Source: Pelagibacteraceae bacterium
GTDB lineage: Bacteria > Pseudomonadota > Alphaproteobacteria > HIMB59 > GCA-002718135
Length of the DNA stretch: 60,688 nucleotides
Assembly: GCA_017639935.1 (NCBI GenBank)
Contig: JAGFWP010000018.1
Span: 1 to 60,688 of the forward strand
Reading direction: 5' to 3'
Part shown: in pieces, positions 20,245 to 27,084 of the stretch
How positions within the stretch are numbered: position 1 is the first letter of the stretch
How the letters are laid out: each line of letters begins with the position of its first letter
Translations under genes and position numbers: made by a program
The notes under the pieces: model-generated
Told to the model about the DNA's origin: nothing
What the model saw: the letters and a program-made list of their open reading frames with translations, nothing else
The model's database searches: none

Positions 20245-20251
20245 TAATTCA

Positions 20252-21160
20252 TTAGCTTAAAGAAAATAAATTACTGGGTGTTAAAGTTAAATCGGTGAAA
20301 ATTTTTACACAAACACCTAATACAAGAATTGCTAAAACACCACGTAAATATTCTGACTTAAAAGTAGTACCCAATCTTGCCCCAATTTGCGCTCCAATTA
20401 CACCACCAACAATCATTAAGGCGGCAAGAACTATGTCTACCGTTTGATTTAAATAAGATTGAAAAAAGGTTGAATTAGCTGTGACAAAAATGATTTGAAA
20501 AAGCGAAGTTCCAACAACTACATTGGTGGACATTCCTAAAATGTATACCATTGCAGGGATTATAATGAATCCCCCTCCAATTCCCATCATAGCTGAGAGA
20601 ACACCAACAAAAAAACCTATTACAATTGGCGGTATTGCGCTGATATATAATTTTGATCGATGAAACCTCATTTTAAATGGCAATCCATGTATCCAAGAAT
20701 GTTGGTGTAATTTCGTTCTAATCAATGAAGTTGTTCTATATTTTTTTATTGTTGTTCTCGTGCTTTCAAACAGCATTGAAAAGCCAACTAAGCCAAGAAA
20801 AAATAAAAATAAAAACTGAATTATTACATCAATTTGCCCAAAGCCTCTTAAAATCTTAAATAAATTAACGCCAACTGTTGAACCTAAAACGCCGCCTGAT
20901 AGAAGAAAAACTCCCATTTTAATATCAACATTTTTTCTTCTCCAGTGGGCGATCACACCTGAGATAGATGAAGCAAGTACGTGCGGAGCTTCTGTGCCAA
21001 CAGCTACTGCTGGAGGAATGCCTAAAAAAATTAAAAGTGGAGTCATCAAAAAACCACCACCAACACCAAACAAACCTGTTAGACCACCAACCATTACACC
21101 AAGTAATATTATAAGTAGAATGTTAACGTTCATTTCGGCAATCGGGAGGTAAATAGACAT
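20252..21160 (-). CDS. TauE/SafE (TSUP, DUF81) family anion permease, putative sulfite/sulfonate exporter
   Basis: 302 aa with two internal repeats, each carrying G(V/I)GGGF(L/I)..P, and 8 or more TM helices. It is convergent with the apr cluster across a 7-nt gap. Confidence 0.85.
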   Translation of the reverse strand: MSIYLPIAEMNVNILLIILLGVMVGGLTGLFGVGGGFLMTPLLIFLGIPPAVAVGTEAPHVLASSISGVIAHWRRKNVDIKMGVFLLSGGVLGSTVGVNLFKILRGFGQIDVIIQFLFLFFLGLVGFSMLFESTRTTIKKYRTTSLIRTKLHQHSWIHGLPFKMRFHRSKLYISAIPPIVIGFFVGVLSAMMGIGGGFIIIPAMVYILGMSTNVVVGTSLFQIIFVTANSTFFQSYLNQTVDIVLAALMIVGGVIGAQIGARLGTTFKSEYLRGVLAILVLGVCVKIFTDLTLTPSNLFSLS

Positions 21161-21197
21161 ATAGATATACTATAATCTTATAAATATATGAATGCCA

Positions 21198-21830
21198 CTA
21201 GCAAATAAGATAATTGTTTTTTTCAATTTCTTTAGCTGTTGCCATGTCTTCATAGCGATTGATATTAAAGAAAGGGTCATATTTAGAGTTAGTAAATTCT
21301 ACATATTCTAAAGAATGTTGCGAAGCCCAATCCATAATTTTTCTATTCCCAGAGTTTAAACTACTTTTTAAACTTTCAAACAAGCTTGAATTCCATATGC
21401 CAATTATAGGATGAATTCTTCCATTAGACTGTGCAAGTACAATTTTATTGTTACCATTCATAACTTTGTTAAACAACTTTTTAACTAGGTTTTTTGGTAA
21501 AAAAGGCGTGTCTCCGGGAACTGTGACCAACCATTGAATTCTAGGTGAATTTTCTTTTAACCATTCCATGGCAGCATGTATACCTGCCAAAGGACCGAGA
21601 AATCCTTCAAGACTATCTTTGATAACATCAACATTATAATCAACAAATAAATTTTCTGAATCGTTGCTGTTGATGATTATTTTATCAGTTTGTGTTTGCA
21701 AGTTCTCAAAAATTCTATCAAAGATAGATTTGTTATTAAATTTTTTTAAAGATTTTATTTCACCCCCCATCCTAGAGGATCTACCCCCTGTAAGGATTAC
21801 TGCGCAGAGGTCATTATTATAATTGATCAT
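21198..21830 (-). CDS. mobA: molybdenum cofactor guanylyltransferase
   Basis: 210 aa with AVILTGGRSSRMGG and VPGDTPFLP motifs. Confidence 0.85.
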   Translation of the reverse strand: MINYNNDLCAVILTGGRSSRMGGEIKSLKKFNNKSIFDRIFENLQTQTDKIIINSNDSENLFVDYNVDVIKDSLEGFLGPLAGIHAAMEWLKENSPRIQWLVTVPGDTPFLPKNLVKKLFNKVMNGNNKIVLAQSNGRIHPIIGIWNSSLFESLKSSLNSGNRKIMDWASQHSLEYVEFTNSKYDPFFNINRYEDMATAKEIEKNNYLIC

Positions 21831-21833
21831 TTA

Positions 21834-22652
21834 TTAGAGCTTAATTCGATGCATTCCTGATAAAACAATGTACTTTTTACCCTTAGCTCTTCCTATTAAT
21901 GTCAGATTGGTTTTAACAGCTAAATCAACCCCCCAAGAGGTAAAACCTGAGCGGGATATTAAGATTGGAATGCTCATCTTAACTGTTTTAATAACCATTT
22001 CACTTGTCAATCTTCCCGTTGTATAAAAAATTTTATCACTTGTCTTGATTTTGTTTAAAAACATATAACCCGTTATTTTATCAACGGCATTATGTCTGCC
22101 AACATCCTCCATATATATGATTGGTCTATCATTTTTGATAATAACGCACCCATGAACCGCGCCCGCTTCTAGATAGAGACTAGGAGTCAGGTTGATTTTT
22201 TTAGATATTTCATAAATCGATTTAGGTGAAATTTTTAAACGTGATTTAATTTTTCTTTTTTGGATTTCTTCATAAATATCACCAAAAACTGTTCCCTGCG
22301 CACATCCACTTGTTGTAATTTTTTTTCTAAGAATTGTTTCGTAATTTGTTTTTCTATTTGTTCTTACGACAATAACGCCAATGTCACTATCATATTCAAT
22401 AGACTTGATTCTATCAGTTAATTTAAGCATATTTTGATTTAACAAATAGCCTACGGACAAATATTTTGGATAATCCCCTATAGACATTAGCGTCACTATT
22501 TCTTGATTATTCAAAAAAATTGTTAAAGCTCTTTCTTGGATAATCTTATTATCAACTGGATTATTGTGTTGATCAATACCTCTTACGTTTACAGTAAGAG
22601 CATTATTATTAATATTAGGTGATATTAAATATTTATTTTTCCTCATCTTCAT
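21834..22652 (-). CDS. fdhD: formate dehydrogenase accessory sulfurtransferase FdhD
   Basis: 272 aa with the VGRHNAVDK motif and SGCAQG. Confidence 0.9.
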   Translation of the reverse strand: MKMRKNKYLISPNINNNALTVNVRGIDQHNNPVDNKIIQERALTIFLNNQEIVTLMSIGDYPKYLSVGYLLNQNMLKLTDRIKSIEYDSDIGVIVVRTNRKTNYETILRKKITTSGCAQGTVFGDIYEEIQKRKIKSRLKISPKSIYEISKKINLTPSLYLEAGAVHGCVIIKNDRPIIYMEDVGRHNAVDKITGYMFLNKIKTSDKIFYTTGRLTSEMVIKTVKMSIPILISRSGFTSWGVDLAVKTNLTLIGRAKGKKYIVLSGMHRIKL

Positions 22653-22681
22653 AAAAGTGTTACATAAAATTATATTAATTT

Positions 22682-23371
22682 ATGAATATTCTAGAAATAT
22701 TTATCAGATCTGTAAAATTAATTCTGACATTTGATCCGTTATTATTTGAAATTATCATCTTATCTTTGAAGGTTAGTTTTTCAGCTTTAATAACGTCTTC
22801 TTTTTTCGCCTTAATAATAGGGTATATTTTAGCTTTGAAAAAATTTTTTTTAAAAAATATTTTAATTATTATTTTTAATTCTCTTATGGGGATTCCCCCA
22901 GTAGTTGTCGGGTTAATCGTATACTTTCTACTAGCAAGAGGAGGACCTCTTGGTGTTTTGCAGTTGCTTTACACGCCAGGTGCGATGATCATAGCTCAAT
23001 CAATTATTATCTTCCCTATAGTTGTGTCATTATCGTATGAAATATTTTCACAACAATGGCTACAATACAGAGATCACTTCAGGGCTTTTAATATTCCTTT
23101 AATCGGCACTATGTTAACCTTAATTCGTCATAGTTATGTAGTTTTAATTACTATTCTTTTGACTGGCTTTGGCAGAGCTATCTCTGAAGTTGGAGCAGTT
23201 ATGATTGTAGGCGGCAACATTGAACATTACACACGAGTGATGACAACAGCTATAACTCTTGAAACAAGAATGGGGAATTTAGAATACGCAATGGCTCTTG
23301 GTATTGTATTAATTTTATTAACAATGTTAATAAATTCAATAGTATATTTGTTTAATATAAAATACAGGTAG
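22682..23371 (+). CDS. ABC transporter permease, tungstate-type (TupB-like)
   Basis: 229 aa with about 5-6 TM helices. The EAA-loop region GFGRAISEVGAVMIVGGNI..TRVMTTAI.LE matches my recollection of TupB/COG4662. No cognate ATPase or binding protein is encoded nearby. Confidence 0.6.
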   Translation: MNILEIFIRSVKLILTFDPLLFEIIILSLKVSFSALITSSFFALIIGYILALKKFFLKNILIIIFNSLMGIPPVVVGLIVYFLLARGGPLGVLQLLYTPGAMIIAQSIIIFPIVVSLSYEIFSQQWLQYRDHFRAFNIPLIGTMLTLIRHSYVVLITILLTGFGRAISEVGAVMIVGGNIEHYTRVMTTAITLETRMGNLEYAMALGIVLILLTMLINSIVYLFNIKYR

Positions 23372-23374
23372 AAA

Positions 23375-23863
23375 ATGAAGATTTGTGGAATAGTGGGTTG
23401 GAAAAATTCTGGCAAAACTTTCTTTGCGCAAAAACTCATTTCATATTTTACAAATCAAAAATTTAATGTTGCCTCTATCAAGCACGCACATCATGATTTT
23501 GAAATTGACAAACCTAATACTGATAGTTTTTTACATCGTCAAGCTGGTTCGCAACAAGTTATTATTAGTTCATCAAAGCGTTGGGCTAAGATTTCTGAAT
23601 TAAACAAAGCAAACGAAAAAACTTTATATGAATTGATAGATGAACTTAACAAGCCTGATATCATTATCGTTGAAGGGTTTAAAAATGAAAAACATGCCAA
23701 AATAGAAATAATAAAAGATGATTCAGATCCTTCATCTCATTTATTTCCGAATCTTAAAAATGTTATAGGCATCGTTGCTGATTCTAGGATTGAAACTTCA
23801 ATTAAGAAATTTAAAAAAAATGAAATCGCCATTATTGCTGATTATATTTTACAAAGAACTTAG
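23375..23863 (+). CDS. mobB: molybdopterin-guanine dinucleotide biosynthesis adapter protein MobB
   Basis: 162 aa with the P-loop GWKNSGKT and the HAHH segment typical of MobB. Confidence 0.85.
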   Translation: MKICGIVGWKNSGKTFFAQKLISYFTNQKFNVASIKHAHHDFEIDKPNTDSFLHRQAGSQQVIISSSKRWAKISELNKANEKTLYELIDELNKPDIIIVEGFKNEKHAKIEIIKDDSDPSSHLFPNLKNVIGIVADSRIETSIKKFKKNEIAIIADYILQRT

Positions 23864-23865
23864 AT

Positions 23866-25086
23866 ATGAACAAGCATCCCTTGACAAAAAATGAGGTTAA
23901 TAATTTACTTAAAAAAATTTCTATAGAAAACATAGAATCAGAAAAAATTGAATTATTATTAGCTGAAGGGAGGATTATATCCTCAGATATTATCAGTTCT
24001 ATAGACCTTCCTCCTTTCAATAATTCAGCTGTTGATGGCTATGCCATTCATAATGATAACCTTAATGATTCCATGAAATTAAAGTGCACACAAAGAGTTG
24101 CTGCGGGAGATCAAGCTGAAATTATTCTAAAAGCTAATGAAGTTGTCCGCATCTTTACCGGTGCTCGTATGCCCAATAATTGCAATACAGTAATTATGCA
24201 AGAAAATGCAATCGTTGATGGTGATTATATCAGTATGAGAAAAATTCCTCATTTGGGAGAAAATTGTCGATTAAAAGGAGAAGATGTTTCTAAAGGGGAT
24301 AAGATTTTACAATGCGGAGAAAAGATAAACTCAACTAATATAAATTTAATAGCAGCCGTGGGGAAAAAATATGTTGAGGTAAAAAAAAAATTAAAGGTTG
24401 GATATTTTACTAGTGGCAACGAACTTATAGAGCCATCAGAAAGATTGGAAGGATCTAAAATTAATAATTCTAACCGTTATTCACTTCAATCGCTTTTAAA
24501 TGATAATTATATTGTTTCACATTATTTAGGCATCTTGAGAGATTCAAAAGATAAAATTATTGAATCATTAACTGAGAATATCAATGATTATAATGTAATA
24601 ATCACAACAGGGGGGGCCTCCGTTGGAGAAGAAGATCACTTAATTGATGTTATTAAAGAAAAGGGAAGAATTTTTTTTTGGAAAACAGCAATCAAACCTG
24701 GCCGTCCACTAGCGATTGGCCAAATAAATAAGACAATAATAATTTGCCTCCCAGGAAATCCTGTTTCAGTGCACTTGTTATACGGATTGATTATTAAACC
24801 GTTTCTTGAGTTCTTGTGTGGGTCAAAAATGAAGAAGCCCAAAAGTTTCAAAGCGTTTGTTAATTTCTCAATGAAAAAAAAAACAAACAGATTAGAATGG
24901 ATAAGAGTAACTTTAGATCAAGGTAATTCGGACAACGTTTGTGTAAATAAATACCAAAAACAAGGTTCTGGAATGATTTCATCCATAGCTTTTTCCGATG
25001 GAATAATAGAAATTCCTGAGAATGTAAGTAAAATTAATAAAGGTGATAAATTTGATTTTTATTTGTTTGATGAATTATTTAATTGA
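23866..25086 (+). CDS. moeA: molybdopterin molybdenumtransferase
   Basis: 406 aa with MoeA domain order: SAVDGYA, TTGGASVGEEDH, LPGNPVS. Confidence 0.92.
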   Translation: MNKHPLTKNEVNNLLKKISIENIESEKIELLLAEGRIISSDIISSIDLPPFNNSAVDGYAIHNDNLNDSMKLKCTQRVAAGDQAEIILKANEVVRIFTGARMPNNCNTVIMQENAIVDGDYISMRKIPHLGENCRLKGEDVSKGDKILQCGEKINSTNINLIAAVGKKYVEVKKKLKVGYFTSGNELIEPSERLEGSKINNSNRYSLQSLLNDNYIVSHYLGILRDSKDKIIESLTENINDYNVIITTGGASVGEEDHLIDVIKEKGRIFFWKTAIKPGRPLAIGQINKTIIICLPGNPVSVHLLYGLIIKPFLEFLCGSKMKKPKSFKAFVNFSMKKKTNRLEWIRVTLDQGNSDNVCVNKYQKQGSGMISSIAFSDGIIEIPENVSKINKGDKFDFYLFDELFN

Positions 25087-25094
25087 ATATTAAA

Positions 25095-25334
25095 TTAAAT
25101 AATAAATTTTATAAAAATTTTTTTATTTTCTTTTGAAGATCCTAAATATTGATAATTAGACTGCTCACAGTAGTGTATGAAGTCTGCTTCGGCTAAGGGA
25201 TCTGTCGCAATAACCTTTACGACGTCCCCTTGCTTTAAAGATTGCGATAATTTCCTTGCCTTTAAAACAGGTATTGGACATTCTGTACCGGAAGTATCAA
25301 GTACTATTTCATTATTTTCAACTTCATCTTTCAT
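25095..25334 (-). CDS. TusA/SirA-like sulfurtransferase (CPxP motif)
   Basis: 79 aa. DTSGTECPIPVLKARK carries the conserved Cys-Pro-x-Pro active site of the TusA family. Confidence 0.8.
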   Translation of the reverse strand: MKDEVENNEIVLDTSGTECPIPVLKARKLSQSLKQGDVVKVIATDPLAEADFIHYCEQSNYQYLGSSKENKKIFIKFII

Positions 25335-25380
25335 AACTTTATGATAAAAATATAGATCTTATTATATCATTTTTTTTTCA

Positions 25381-27084
25381 ATGAATAATTTTATATCTCA
25401 AAACAAATCTGCTTTTAATAAAAAGAAAAAACGCTGGCAACCTAAAGGACGACAGGCAGAAAAAAATATCTTTGAAGAAATTCAGTCACTATTTATTGGC
25501 AAAACTATTGTTAGAGAAGAATTAATCGAATATCTTCACTTGCTACAGGATAAATACGGCTTTTTATATGATAAGCATTTAGTCGTTCTTGCAGAAATAA
25601 CAAATCTTCCACTAGCAGAAATTTATGAAGTTGCGACTTTTTATGCACATTTCAATGTAATAAAAGACACGGACCAAATTAAGCCTATTAATTTTGTCAG
25701 AGTTTGTGAAAGTTTAACATGTGAACTTTTCGGCGCTAAAAAAATTCTAAAAGAATTAAATAATTATAATGATGAAAATATAAAAATTGTTTCAGGTCCG
25801 TGTATGGGACGATGCCATTCTGCCCCTACTGTTTGTGTAGGAAAAAATTATATAGATAATGCAACTTCAAATGATGTTCTTGAAGCAATAAAGTTAAAAA
25901 AATTTAATACTATTATTCCTAATTACATAAAGTTCGATGATTATGTATCTAAAGGAGGATATAAAATTTTTAAAAAAATAGTAGACAATATAATTTCAAA
26001 TGCCCAAATAATAAATCTATTAAATGAAAGTGGCTTAAAGGGAAAAGGCGGAGCTGGTTTTCCTACAGGAAAAAAATGGGAGATTGTTTCCCAATATAAA
26101 GATCAAAAATATCTTGCAATCAATGGTGATGAGGGCGAACCAGGAACTTTTAAAGATAGATATTTTCTTGAATCAGATCCCCATCGTTTTTTAGAAGGGG
26201 TTCTAATAGCTGCCCAATTTATTAAAGCACATCAAGTATATATTTATTTGAGAGATGAATATCCAGCAGTAATTGAGATATTAAAAAATGAAATTCTCAT
26301 TCTTGAAAAGAAAGGTCTTATTAAAAAAAATTATTTTATACTTCGTAGAGGGGCAGGAGCCTATATATGTGGTGAAGAGTCTGCTATGCTTGAAAGCATC
26401 GAAGGTAAAAGAGGGCTACCAAGACACAAACCGCCATATGCTGCAGAAGTGGGATTATTTGGAAAACCAACTTTAATAAATAATATAGAAACTATTTATT
26501 GGATTAGAGATATAATTGAAAAAGGATCAGATTGGTTTTCTAGTCAGGGAACCAGAGGTAGAAAAGGATTTCATAGTTATTCAGTATCCGGAAGAGTAAA
26601 AAATCCAGGAGTAATAATTGCACCTGCCGGCACAACGGTTACCGAATTAATTGATAATCATTGTGGTGGAATGTTAGAGGGCCACGCTTTTAAAGGATAT
26701 TTGCCAGGCGGGGCTTCAGGAGGTATTTTACCCTCTACTTTGAATAACATACCTTTGGACTATGATGTAAAAGAATTGGATGAGCTAGGTTGTTTCTTAG
26801 GTTCTGCAGCTGTTGTTATTTTATCTGATAAAGATAATATGATGGAAGTTGGTTTAAATTTGTTAAAGTTTTTTGAAGATGAAAGTTGCGGACAATGCAC
26901 ACCTTGTAGGGTTGGCACAGAAAAAACAGTTAAATTAATGAAAAATAATAGATGGAATAAGAAACAACTCGAAGATTTATCTTTAGTAATGGCAGATGCT
27001 TCAATTTGTGGTTTAGGTCAAGCGGCAACGAATCCTTTAAAATCTATTATAAAATATTTTATGGATGATATTAAATATGAATAA
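25381..27084 (+). CDS. fdsB: NAD-dependent formate dehydrogenase beta subunit (fused NuoE-like 2Fe-2S and NuoF-like FMN/NAD/4Fe-4S domains)
   Basis: 567 aa. The N-terminal thioredoxin-like 2Fe-2S module has C....C...C...C (CESLTCE...CMGRCHSAP). It is followed by GKGGAGFPTGKKW, the GEPGTFKDR FMN/NADH site, and ESCGQCTPCR. Confidence 0.9.
   Translation: MNNFISQNKSAFNKKKKRWQPKGRQAEKNIFEEIQSLFIGKTIVREELIEYLHLLQDKYGFLYDKHLVVLAEITNLPLAEIYEVATFYAHFNVIKDTDQIKPINFVRVCESLTCELFGAKKILKELNNYNDENIKIVSGPCMGRCHSAPTVCVGKNYIDNATSNDVLEAIKLKKFNTIIPNYIKFDDYVSKGGYKIFKKIVDNIISNAQIINLLNESGLKGKGGAGFPTGKKWEIVSQYKDQKYLAINGDEGEPGTFKDRYFLESDPHRFLEGVLIAAQFIKAHQVYIYLRDEYPAVIEILKNEILILEKKGLIKKNYFILRRGAGAYICGEESAMLESIEGKRGLPRHKPPYAAEVGLFGKPTLINNIETIYWIRDIIEKGSDWFSSQGTRGRKGFHSYSVSGRVKNPGVIIAPAGTTVTELIDNHCGGMLEGHAFKGYLPGGASGGILPSTLNNIPLDYDVKELDELGCFLGSAAVVILSDKDNMMEVGLNLLKFFEDESCGQCTPCRVGTEKTVKLMKNNRWNKKQLEDLSLVMADASICGLGQAATNPLKSIIKYFMDDIKYE

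Noticed and set aside
24381-24390. A10 homopolymer runs inside moeA (24381-24390 and 24874-24883), and similar A8-A10 runs in tlyA, hisZ and others, as possible slippage or phase-variation sites.
   Set aside because: They encode Lys runs (AAA AAA AAA) in a ~30% GC genome. Their frequency looks compositional, and all the affected ORFs are intact.
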